Translations under genes and position numbers: made by a program | The notes under the pieces: model-generated | The model's input: the letters and a program-made list of their open reading frames with translations, nothing else | Database searches by the model: none | Told to the model about the DNA's origin: nothing | Assembly: GCA_964418485.1 (NCBI GenBank) | Contig: CAYQMH010000003.1 | Span: forward strand, 9,609 to 73,608 | Source of the DNA: an uncultured bacterium | GTDB lineage: Bacteria; Hydrothermota; UBA3072 | Direction: 5' to 3' | DNA: 64,000 nucleotides | Shown here: piece by piece, positions 46,581 through 55,493 of the stretch | Position numbering within the stretch: position 1 is the first letter of the stretch | Layout: every line of letters starts with the position of its first letter

Positions 46581-47627
46581 ATGATTTTAATTCTATTCTC
46601 AGTGCCTGTAATTCTACTGCATGGACATCGGTCGGACGCTATTGATACACTGGCAACAAGAGTCTGGCTCCCTTACGAGGGAAAACTTCTTGAACACCCT
46701 ACAGTCTTTACCGAAATACTTGATGAAAAGTACAATGGATATGTATGTGGTAAAGATACAGCAGGAAATTCAATTAGCTTTAATAGAGAGAGCATGTTAC
46801 CGGCGCAAGAAGGAGAAAACCTTATATTTGACTTCTCATATTACGCCGGTACTCCTTCTGTAATTGGAGACGGAAAGCTTTTGCCTGTGTGTGAGAGGTA
46901 TAGAAAAACTTATATCGAAAACCTTAAAAACAATAGTTATTCAAAGGAGCTTGCTTCTTTTGTAAAAAAAGTTCTTGTTTCTGTTTATGGAGATAACTGG
47001 GTAGAAAAAGAACACGCAAAAGTGAATTTTGTTGCTCATTGTATGGGTGGCATTGTACTTAGGTATGCGATAAAATTTCTAAATATACCTGGAACAGAAG
47101 TGCGCTTTAAGGATGTGACAGGGAGAGTTTGCTATGTGGCTACACCGAGCAACGGTTTTCATAACCAGTTTTTCGGTGTCGAAGCTCTTGACGATGATAA
47201 AAAGTGGCAAAGATTCGGAGAAGATTTGGAAACGAATATTCCTTCATCTATGTTAAAAATAGGTAGAGATATTGAATTCTGTTCCGAAAATAACGAAAGA
47301 GGGACATTTTGCGGCTTGATTGGGAATGACAATCTGGGAGTCGAAAGTATTAATATTTATGGTACTCGTAATCATTTTCGCATTAAACTCTTCTTTGGCT
47401 TAAGTTTTGCTTTAGGCCCGGACGATGGTGATGTATACTTCGAGGACACTTATATTGAAGGAGTTAAAAATATTCCGGTTTATGCGAGTCATTCATATTC
47501 TCTTCCGCATAAAGCCAAAAGTTATTTTGTGTTTTCCGTTATGGATGAAGGCGCTACAGGAGAAGATGCTCTTACTTCAAATAGCGAAGTTAAGAAATTA
47601 ATTAAAGATTTTATACTTACGAAATAA
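46581..47627 (+). CDS. Secreted alpha/beta-hydrolase (lipase/PGAP1-like) with Cys at the nucleophile position
   Basis: PVILLHG oxyanion motif, VAHCMGG, VATPSNG, DDGDV. ATG 46581 lies 5 nt after TTGACA-N16-TATTAT. Confidence 0.75.
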   Translation: MILILFSVPVILLHGHRSDAIDTLATRVWLPYEGKLLEHPTVFTEILDEKYNGYVCGKDTAGNSISFNRESMLPAQEGENLIFDFSYYAGTPSVIGDGKLLPVCERYRKTYIENLKNNSYSKELASFVKKVLVSVYGDNWVEKEHAKVNFVAHCMGGIVLRYAIKFLNIPGTEVRFKDVTGRVCYVATPSNGFHNQFFGVEALDDDKKWQRFGEDLETNIPSSMLKIGRDIEFCSENNERGTFCGLIGNDNLGVESINIYGTRNHFRIKLFFGLSFALGPDDGDVYFEDTYIEGVKNIPVYASHSYSLPHKAKSYFVFSVMDEGATGEDALTSNSEVKKLIKDFILTK

Positions 47628-47646
47628 GAAAAAGTTTAAAATATAG

Positions 47647-48990
47647 CTAATTGTCGTTTTCGTTTTGTGATAAGTCTATTGAATTGTTCTCTTTTGTTTT
47701 CTTATGTGTCCATACAAGAAGAAGGATTAAATAAATTGCATATATAGTTAAAATAAACGGTTTATTCTTAGGGGTTTTTATAACCACGAATGGTATTTTT
47801 TCTACTGTTATCATTATTTTGTTCATTGTAAATCCGGTTATCCAGATAAAATTACCAGTTATTCTGTCGAGGAAAGGAAGCAGATAGAAAAGAAAACAAC
47901 TCGAGATCAATGCACCGGTAAGAGGGATAAGTATTAAATTGGCAATTAGACCAAGGAGAGGTATATATCCGAAATAGTAAGCGACTAAAGGCAGCGTGCC
48001 GAGTTGCGCGCTTAGCGTAAGAAAAAAAGGAATTATAATCCACTGTTTATACCATTTGTTTGGTATTTTTTTCAAATGTTCTTTAAGGATTTTAAACATG
48101 ATAAGAATTGAGAAGACTGCTAAAAATGAAAGTTGAAAACTTATACTGAATATACTGCTTGGCATAAGCAAAGTGATAAAAATACCCGCAGCGCAAAGTG
48201 TATTTAATGGATCTATATTTTTCTCTTTCGTTTCGCCAATTACAAAAAACAATAACATTATGGAAGCACGCATAACAGGTAAACGTAAACCCGTGAAAAC
48301 AGCGTAAATTAAAACAAAAATTCCTGAGATTAACAGGGCCGGATTTCTTTTTAATTGTAAGGTTCTAAGGAAAAGAAAAATAACAACAGAGACGATTCCT
48401 GTATGTAGCCCACTTACCGCTAGTAAGTGAGCCGCTCCGCACGACTGAAATCTTTTATACATATATGGAGGGAGGGATTCTCTTACCCCTAAAGTTATTG
48501 CTGAGCACATTTTACCGATTTCTCCTGGACATGCCCTGCGGATTCTTTTGTCAAGATATTTTCTTAGAGAAAACAAATTGGTTAAAATAGTGGGTGAAGA
48601 TTTTATTGATTCTACCTTTGTCAATTTTAAGAAACCCTTACTTACAGTGAATTTTCCCCTGCCTTTGACAAAATCTCCGCAATTTGCGGGAATTTTTGCA
48701 TACAATTCTCCAAAAACCGGATCTACTATTCTATTATTAAGGAAAAGACCTCTAAAATATATACGTTCTCCTCTTAAGGGAGTTCGAGAAACTTGGAAGA
48801 TTCCGGCAGAGAAGAAAAGAATGAAAAAGAGCGTAATATGTATTTTTTTTATAAAAAAACTAATGATAGAAAGCGATAATCCTATTAAAAGTATCTTTAT
48901 ATCTAAAGAACACCCTACATAAATACCGGTTAATAAAACAAGAAAAACTGTAAATGCAGGCCTTTTTCTTAAGGTTTTATTTATATTCAT
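47647..48990 (-). CDS. comEC: ComEC/Rec2 competence membrane protein (no MBL domain)
   Basis: AAHLLAVSGLHTG, PVMRASIM, SISFQLSFLA, GLIANLILIP. Confidence 0.9.
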   Translation of the reverse strand: MNINKTLRKRPAFTVFLVLLTGIYVGCSLDIKILLIGLSLSIISFFIKKIHITLFFILFFSAGIFQVSRTPLRGERIYFRGLFLNNRIVDPVFGELYAKIPANCGDFVKGRGKFTVSKGFLKLTKVESIKSSPTILTNLFSLRKYLDKRIRRACPGEIGKMCSAITLGVRESLPPYMYKRFQSCGAAHLLAVSGLHTGIVSVVIFLFLRTLQLKRNPALLISGIFVLIYAVFTGLRLPVMRASIMLLFFVIGETKEKNIDPLNTLCAAGIFITLLMPSSIFSISFQLSFLAVFSILIMFKILKEHLKKIPNKWYKQWIIIPFFLTLSAQLGTLPLVAYYFGYIPLLGLIANLILIPLTGALISSCFLFYLLPFLDRITGNFIWITGFTMNKIMITVEKIPFVVIKTPKNKPFILTIYAIYLILLLVWTHKKTKENNSIDLSQNENDN

Positions 48991-49031
48991 TTTTAATTTA
49001 CAAATTTAATTTTTTTGGGGAGAATGGTAAA

Positions 49032-49658
49032 TTATGATTTGCTGAAGAATTTTCTTATTCCGGTATGGTTTTTCAATTCCTCCATAAAACTTCTTGCCCT
49101 TACGTGATTTCTGTCCAATTTCAGGACTTTTTTTGTATGATTTAATGCATCTTTATATTTTCCTAACTTAGCATAACACTTTGCAAGATTAAAATAATGT
49201 TCGGCTGTTTCTTCGTTTACTGCCGCTTCCAGACACAGATCCAATCCTTTATTATCTCTTCCCGAAAGTATCAAAGACAAACCATAGTAGCTTTTGAAGG
49301 TCTGGTTTTCTCTGTCCAGATTAAAAGCTTTTCTGAAATATTTAGATGCACGCACAGGGTCACCCAGTAAATATTTCATTCCTTGTTCGAACAACTTTTT
49401 CCTGCTGTTTTTTCTATCTCTTTCCTGATCGTCTTCGAAAATCCCCAGATTGCATTCTCGGATGTACTTGTTTCTTGTTGTAGTATCTTTTAGTGTAAGG
49501 TATGCTTTTGTAATTTTCAGAAAATAAGGGAGTAACTGTTTTGCTTTTTCCGGAGAAAGATGATCAGGATGATACTGTGAAGCAAGTTTATAGTAAGCTT
49601 TTTTTATTTCATCGTCTGAAGCATCTTTTGTAACGCTCAGTATTTCGAAGTATTCCAT
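49032..49658 (-). CDS. J-domain (DnaJ-like) plus TPR protein
   Basis: YFEILSV...IKKAYYKLASQYHPD; C-terminal TPR-like repeats. Upstream TTGACT-N16-TAAAAT-N6-ATG. Confidence 0.88.
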   Translation of the reverse strand: MEYFEILSVTKDASDDEIKKAYYKLASQYHPDHLSPEKAKQLLPYFLKITKAYLTLKDTTTRNKYIRECNLGIFEDDQERDRKNSRKKLFEQGMKYLLGDPVRASKYFRKAFNLDRENQTFKSYYGLSLILSGRDNKGLDLCLEAAVNEETAEHYFNLAKCYAKLGKYKDALNHTKKVLKLDRNHVRARSFMEELKNHTGIRKFFSKS

Positions 49659-49854
49659 ACTATAATTTTAAAGATGTGATAAAAAAAGTCAAGGGGATTT
49701 CTCGTATAACACTTTTATGTTATTGATAATTAATTTCTTGTCTGTTTGAAAAAAATTATATTTGATTCCCTTTTTTGGAAATTAAATATTAAAAATTAAA
49801 AAGCAAAATGAATAAAAACACACAGAGCGCACCCCTCCCAACCCCAATTTTTTT

Positions 49855-49968
49855 AACCACAGAGAGCACAGAGTTTCTATTTGTTTTTTCTCTGTGTACT
49901 CAGTGTTTTTTTCTTTTTTAATACACAATTATTCCTCTGTGTCCTCTGTGGTCATTGTTTTTTGAATT
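49855..49968. repeat. Dispersed ~110-bp palindromic intergenic repeat, copy B
   Basis: ACCACAGAGAGCACAGAG ... CTCTGTGTACTCAGTG ... CTCTGTGTCCTCTGTGGT; aligns with 4806-4918. Confidence 0.85.
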
Positions 49969-50043
49969 TTTAGCGGCTATGCCGTTAAATAAAACCTTGA
50001 CTATTCAACCGTTTTTAGTAAATTAATAAAAAAAGGAGTCTTT

Positions 50044-50160
50044 ATGAAGGGAAAAAAGGCATGGATTTCATGCCTCGCGTATGTTCCTATATTTTTGATA
50101 AGGCATTTGCAAATCAGAAAATTAGAACATAAAGGAAGAATAGATTCTTGCTGTCTTTAA
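50044..50160 (+). CDS. Putative 38-aa small ORF ahead of pyrR
   Basis: TTGACT-N16-TAAATT promoter (49997-50024), AAGGAG RBS, MKGKKAWISCLAYVPIFLIRHLQIRKLEHKGRIDSCCL*. Confidence 0.4.
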   Translation: MKGKKAWISCLAYVPIFLIRHLQIRKLEHKGRIDSCCL

Positions 50161-50221
50161 AGATGACTGTTTTTCAAAAACTAAAGATTACAATTCCAAT
50201 ATATACATTTTTTACGGACAA

Positions 50222-50785
50222 ATGAATATTGAGTTTAAAGACAAAAAAATTTTAATGAATAAAAGTGAGATGGGAAAAGTGATTAGGAGACTCTCTTCTG
50301 AAATCGTAAAGGATAATCCCGACATTGAAGCTTTGTGTATAATTGGTATAAGAAAAAGAGGAGATGTTCTTGCCAGGAGGTTAGCAAATATTCTGAAGAA
50401 ATCTACTTCATGGGAAATTAAAGTAGGGGTTCTGGATATAACATTATATAGAGATGATTTAACAATATATGGTCCCAAACCTATTATTGGTTCAACTTAT
50501 TTTTCCTGCTCCCTAGAAGGCAAGGAAGTTCTGTTGGTCGATGATGTCATTTATACGGGAAGAACAATAAGATCTGCCCTTGATGAGATAATGGATTACG
50601 GACGTCCTTTGAGAATAAAACTTGCCGTTATGGTTAATAGGGGAGGAAGAGAACTCCCCATTTTTCCTGATTATACCGGTATTTCTGTAGAGCTGGAAGA
50701 GGGGGAAGAAATTCAGGTTCTTTTAAAAGAAACAGACAAAGAAGATAAGATTAAGGTCGTAGAGGTTTTAAATGGGGCTAGATAG
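50222..50785 (+). CDS. pyrR: Pyrimidine operon regulator / UPRT
   Basis: IGIRKRG, LDITLYRDD, LVDDVIYTGRTIRSALD, RGGRELPI. Confidence 0.96.
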   Translation: MNIEFKDKKILMNKSEMGKVIRRLSSEIVKDNPDIEALCIIGIRKRGDVLARRLANILKKSTSWEIKVGVLDITLYRDDLTIYGPKPIIGSTYFSCSLEGKEVLLVDDVIYTGRTIRSALDEIMDYGRPLRIKLAVMVNRGGRELPIFPDYTGISVELEEGEEIQVLLKETDKEDKIKVVEVLNGAR

Positions 50786-51713
50786 GAAGGATTTACTTGG
50801 TATTCAAGACTTATCGAGTAATGAGATTAAGGAGATTTTAACCACGGCTGAATATATGGAAGAGATTTTAAAACGGCCTATAAAGAAAGCTCCTACTCTT
50901 CGTGGTATTACAGTGGCTAACCTGTTTTTCGAGCCCAGCACAAGAACCTTAAATTCCTTTATTCTTGCAGAGAAAAGACTTTCTGCTGATTCTATTAACT
51001 TTTCTGCTGCTTCGTCATCGGTTTTAAAGGGCGAAACATTGCTTGATACGGCAAAAAATATACAGGCTATGGAGGTGGACATAATGGTAGTGAGACATTA
51101 TGCCCCGGGGAGTCCTCATTTCCTGTCCAAAAGGTTAAGGGCGTCTGTAATAAACGCAGGGGATGGTTGTCATGAGCATCCCACTCAGGCACTGATAGAT
51201 ATTATGACTATAAAGAAGAATTTTTCCGAAATTAAAGGTCTAAAGATCGCTATTATTGGAGACATTAAACATTCCAGGGTTAGTCGTTCGCTGATTTTAG
51301 GACTTAACAAAATGGGAGCTGAAATTACAGTATGTGCGCCTCCCACACTTCTACCTCTCTGGCTCGAACCGTTTGGAGTAGAATTTGAGTATAGTTTGGA
51401 GAAAGCTCTTCCCGGAAAAGATATTCTCTATATCTTGAGGATTCAAAAGGAGCGACAGGAAGAAAGTTTTATTCCTTCTATCCGGGAGTATATAAAGAAT
51501 TACTCTATTACATATGAGAAGCTTAAAAGGTTTGCATCGAAGGACGTAGTTATAATGCATCCCGGACCGATTAATAGAGGGATAGAAGTTGAATCGAAGA
51601 TCGCGGATTCAGAGTATTCTCTCATTTTAAGTCAGGTATCTTCGGGAGTAGCTGTAAGAATGAGTGTTCTTTATCTTCTGTCTCAGAGGAAATTAGATGG
51701 ATCTAAAGATTAA
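50772..51713 (+). CDS. pyrB: Aspartate carbamoyltransferase catalytic subunit
   Basis: FFEPSTRT, SSVLKGETL, NAGDGCHEHPTQ, MHPGPINRG. Confidence 0.97.
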   Translation: MGLDRKDLLGIQDLSSNEIKEILTTAEYMEEILKRPIKKAPTLRGITVANLFFEPSTRTLNSFILAEKRLSADSINFSAASSSVLKGETLLDTAKNIQAMEVDIMVVRHYAPGSPHFLSKRLRASVINAGDGCHEHPTQALIDIMTIKKNFSEIKGLKIAIIGDIKHSRVSRSLILGLNKMGAEITVCAPPTLLPLWLEPFGVEFEYSLEKALPGKDILYILRIQKERQEESFIPSIREYIKNYSITYEKLKRFASKDVVIMHPGPINRGIEVESKIADSEYSLILSQVSSGVAVRMSVLYLLSQRKLDGSKD

Positions 51714-52980
51714 AAACGTTCATCTTTTTGACCCTTTGAATGGGATTGATGAGGTTGGTACAATCTTAATTGATAAGGGTAAGGTTGTAAAAGATTCAAA
51801 ATCAAAAGTCGGTCAAGAAATAGATGCAAAGGGATTATATCTTTTCCCTGGTTTTGTCGATGTCCACTCCCATTTTCGAGAACCCGGTGCTGAAGATACC
51901 GAAACTATAGAAACCGGGTCGAGGGCCGCTGTTAAAGGAGGATATACAGCTGTATGTTTAATGCCTAACACGGATCCTCCGATTGACAATGAAGGAGTGG
52001 TTCGTTTTATAAAGGAAAAAAGTGAAGAAGTTGGTCTTTGCAGAATTTTTTCTATAGGTACTGTTACAAAAGGAAGAAAAGGAAAAGAACTTTCAGAAAT
52101 GTCTCATCTGTACGAGGCTGGTTGTGTTGCTTTTAGCGATGATGGAAATTGTGTCATGGATTCATCGATAATGCGAAATGCTCTGGAGTATTCCAAGTTA
52201 TTTAATGTTCCTATAATTGACCATCCTGAAGATATTTCTCTCTCTGGTAAGGGGCAAATGCACGAGGGATCTGTTTCTACCGAATTGGGATTTAAAGGCA
52301 TACCTGGTGTATCTGAATCGACAGTCGTAGCGAGAGATGTTTTGTTGTCGAAGTTTACAAAGGGAAGAATTCATCTGGCTCATGTTTCAACGGCGGATTC
52401 GGTTAAGCTAATTAAAGAGTGGAAAACTGATAAGGTAACTTCAGAGGTTACTCCGCACCATTTGCTTCTCTCGGATGAAGAAGTTAGAGATTTTGATTCG
52501 AATAAAAAGATGAAGCCTCCTCTACGGACCCGGTATGATATTGAAGTTTTGCAAAAAGCAATAAAGAAAGGTTTAATAGAAGTTGTGGCGAGCGATCATG
52601 CTCCGCATCCCGATTACAAAAAAGAACTTGAGTTTACAGAAGCGGCTTTTGGTGTAACGGGTTTAGAGACTTCTTTCGCGGTTTTGTACACAGAACTTGT
52701 TAAAAAAGGAAAGATCACTCTGGATATATTGATTAAAGTTCTATCATCGGCGCCTGCGAAGATATTTAATTTACCTCTCGGAGAGATAAAAGAAGGTGGA
52801 ACGGCAGATTTTACAATTGTAGATCTTAAGAGCACTTGGCAGGTTACCTCTGAAGTGTTTGCTTCAAAGGCAAAAAATTCTCCTTTTATAGGACGAAAAT
52901 TAGAAGGTAACGTTAAGTATTGTATAGTTGAAGGGAAAACAGTTTTTAAAAACGGTGATTTTATAAACACGGAAAAATGA
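51697..52980 (+). CDS. pyrC: Dihydroorotase (type I)
   Basis: DVHSHFREPG, MPNTDP, HLAHVST, KMKPPLR, SDHAPH. Confidence 0.96.
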   Translation: MDLKIKNVHLFDPLNGIDEVGTILIDKGKVVKDSKSKVGQEIDAKGLYLFPGFVDVHSHFREPGAEDTETIETGSRAAVKGGYTAVCLMPNTDPPIDNEGVVRFIKEKSEEVGLCRIFSIGTVTKGRKGKELSEMSHLYEAGCVAFSDDGNCVMDSSIMRNALEYSKLFNVPIIDHPEDISLSGKGQMHEGSVSTELGFKGIPGVSESTVVARDVLLSKFTKGRIHLAHVSTADSVKLIKEWKTDKVTSEVTPHHLLLSDEEVRDFDSNKKMKPPLRTRYDIEVLQKAIKKGLIEVVASDHAPHPDYKKELEFTEAAFGVTGLETSFAVLYTELVKKGKITLDILIKVLSSAPAKIFNLPLGEIKEGGTADFTIVDLKSTWQVTSEVFASKAKNSPFIGRKLEGNVKYCIVEGKTVFKNGDFINTEK

Positions 52981-55493
52981 AAGAGAAAATCGGTCCAGAA
53001 TATTTAGAAATTGCAAGTACATTCGATAGCAGACTTATTGACACTCTTGAAGAAAGTATTGGCGAAAAAGTGAGCTTTGAATACTATAAAAATCTTTTGT
53101 TGAGATATTTAAAACCGAAATCTATTAAAGCGACTTTTTCCGATTTTATTAACGAGCACAACGTCAAAATATTTGTTGAAGTTGACAATGATGATCTCGC
53201 TTATCTCAGGGATATATTTGTTAGATTAAGAGAGGATAAAATATATAAAAAAGATAAGAAATTTTTGTGTGATTTATTCCTTAACGCTTTGGATAAAGGG
53301 GAACATTTTTTTGTAATACTTTTATCGGCTTTAATCAAATTATATCCAGGTGGATTGACAGAAGGATTTCAAGACTCTTTAATAATAGGGAAGAATCTTA
53401 TTGATATTATCTTGGAAGGAATACCAGAGCAAAAAATCGATCCTTTTTCTAAATTATTAACAAAGGAACCTATTTTTCTGGGGTTTCCCGTACGGAATTT
53501 AAGCGTCGGTGATTTGAAACGTTTCCTTATGCCTTACGGCTTTACACCTTCTGTGTTTATGAAAGTACATGATATTTTGATAGAGGATTTTACGGAAAGA
53601 GAATCCGGCGATATCGTTTCTCTTTTTAAAAATTCGGAACTGACCAGTACTCAGTCTTTAAGAAATTTTCCTTTTGGAGATTTTTTCATTCCTTCCAAAA
53701 ATATTTTGCAAACTTTGGCAAGGATAGCTTCCGGGAAGGCTGGCAAAGCAAAAAAGAAATTAATGGAAAGGGATAGGGTTCTGGATGGGAAGGACATGAA
53801 AGTTCGGGAAGAAACCAACAAGTTTCTTCAAAAAAGTCTTAATAAATTGCAAACTTTGATAGATGTGAGAAATCAAGATTTATCTGTTGTATTGATAAAA
53901 GTTCAAGAAGAGATTACGAAACTAGAAGAAACGTTGAAGTTGCACCTTAGAATGGTTCAAGAGCTTAAGAGCTTAGGTGGGGCATTGAAAGATGAAATTG
54001 ATCAAAATAAGATCCTTCAAGGTATAAGACCCCAGGATATAACTTCTTTGTTGTCGACTGTTCCCGCCTGGCAAATTGAGAAGATGGTGTTGGAGTTTTG
54101 GAAGGCGCAACCATTTTTAGCTATCATAAGCCCGGCTTCTGAAAAAGCAATTATTCATTTTCTGCGAAAGACGGAAAGAACGGCTAAAGATAATCGGCTT
54201 TTTTCTAAGTTAAGTTCCGGCCAGAAGAGATCATTCTCGCCGGATGTTAAAAAAGTAATTCATAATTATAAGTTGGTTTTTTATGAAGTTCTTGAAGTTA
54301 TATACGTTCGTGATATTATTGGCAAAATGATAGAGATATGGCCGCCCTCGGTTGATTTTGATAATGCGAGATCAAGACTGACAGCGGATAAAGTGATCCA
54401 TCTTGTAGGCTTGAATTTGTTGCCGAAAGGCAAGTTTTACAGATTTTCTAAGTCAGGTAAGATTGAGCCTAAGATAGATAAAATAAATCTAGAATTGAAG
54501 AAAGAAGTTTCCAAGATTTTGCGAAGGAAATTTTCTTCTCAGGTTTCTACACTTTTTTATGATATAAGGGGATCTACTTTTATGTCTCATCGATTGAGAG
54601 ATGCCGAAAGAGAAAGATCTATTCTTACATTATTCCAGTCTCGTATTTTTGAGGCTTCAAAGAAAGGGGCTGCTTTTATCTTAAAAGATACCGGAGATGG
54701 AGGAATTCTCTGGTTCGGTAGTAATTCCGGGAAGCTTTATAGGAATATTTACAAAACTTCCCAGACAGGATCGGGTTCTGTTGTGCGTTATTCTACGGCA
54801 CTTGAAGACGAATTTAATATTTTGCCTCATTTAAATAGCGGAGAGATGGCAGTACGAACGGCTTTAAATATGGTGAAAGCTGCCGAAAAGTTCGTTAAGG
54901 AAAATTACGTCAAGTACAGGGATTGGTTTGGCGAGATAACAGAAAAAGAAATTTTCCATGAGGGAATTACTTACGCGTTGTTGCCGCCTCAGTTTAAGTC
55001 CTTGTTTAGACTGGGTATTGGAATTGCCAGCGGTAGTCCCGGTAAGGATTTGATTTTTACCCCTAATGCTTTCGGAGATCCCGACTTGAATGGTATACTT
55101 GTGGACGAGGGAGCCTTGCTTTCTTCGGGTAGAAGTCCTGAACGGTCGGTTATATTAATAGATAACAACACGTTGATAAACTTAATGCTAAACTCTGACG
55201 ATTATTTGCTTACGGAACCGCTTAAGAAAGAAGATTCCGAAAAAGAAATTGTTATGAAATTGCTTTATCTCTTGAAAACAGAGCAGAAGGATCGTTCATT
55301 TTTCTTTGACGGTTTTAGTGTCTCGCCCGTTGGTATTTATCATTTAGACGAACAGGATAAAAGGAAAGCTTTAGAGTTTGATATTCCTGAAGATTTAAAA
55401 CTTATCGTCAATGAAGATGGGGAACTTGAAGTTAAGAAAGAAAGAATTAAAATAATATATGAAGTCTTACCTGAGGAAGAAGATGGAAAATAA
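52977..55493 (+). CDS. 838-aa protein with unknown helical N-terminal region and a divergent class III nucleotide-cyclase-like C-terminal domain
   Basis: LFYDIRGST, LKDTGDGGILWFG, GEMAVRTALNM and RLGIGIASG occur in cyclase order; ATGA overlap with pyrC. Confidence 0.6.
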   Translation: MKEKIGPEYLEIASTFDSRLIDTLEESIGEKVSFEYYKNLLLRYLKPKSIKATFSDFINEHNVKIFVEVDNDDLAYLRDIFVRLREDKIYKKDKKFLCDLFLNALDKGEHFFVILLSALIKLYPGGLTEGFQDSLIIGKNLIDIILEGIPEQKIDPFSKLLTKEPIFLGFPVRNLSVGDLKRFLMPYGFTPSVFMKVHDILIEDFTERESGDIVSLFKNSELTSTQSLRNFPFGDFFIPSKNILQTLARIASGKAGKAKKKLMERDRVLDGKDMKVREETNKFLQKSLNKLQTLIDVRNQDLSVVLIKVQEEITKLEETLKLHLRMVQELKSLGGALKDEIDQNKILQGIRPQDITSLLSTVPAWQIEKMVLEFWKAQPFLAIISPASEKAIIHFLRKTERTAKDNRLFSKLSSGQKRSFSPDVKKVIHNYKLVFYEVLEVIYVRDIIGKMIEIWPPSVDFDNARSRLTADKVIHLVGLNLLPKGKFYRFSKSGKIEPKIDKINLELKKEVSKILRRKFSSQVSTLFYDIRGSTFMSHRLRDAERERSILTLFQSRIFEASKKGAAFILKDTGDGGILWFGSNSGKLYRNIYKTSQTGSGSVVRYSTALEDEFNILPHLNSGEMAVRTALNMVKAAEKFVKENYVKYRDWFGEITEKEIFHEGITYALLPPQFKSLFRLGIGIASGSPGKDLIFTPNAFGDPDLNGILVDEGALLSSGRSPERSVILIDNNTLINLMLNSDDYLLTEPLKKEDSEKEIVMKLLYLLKTEQKDRSFFFDGFSVSPVGIYHLDEQDKRKALEFDIPEDLKLIVNEDGELEVKKERIKIIYEVLPEEEDGK

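Noticed and set aside
52977-55493. Calling the cyclase-like gene a Pycsar or CBASS defence system
   Set aside because: No adjacent TM, TIR or other effector gene, and the context is a housekeeping operon; kept only as a chemistry hypothesis.
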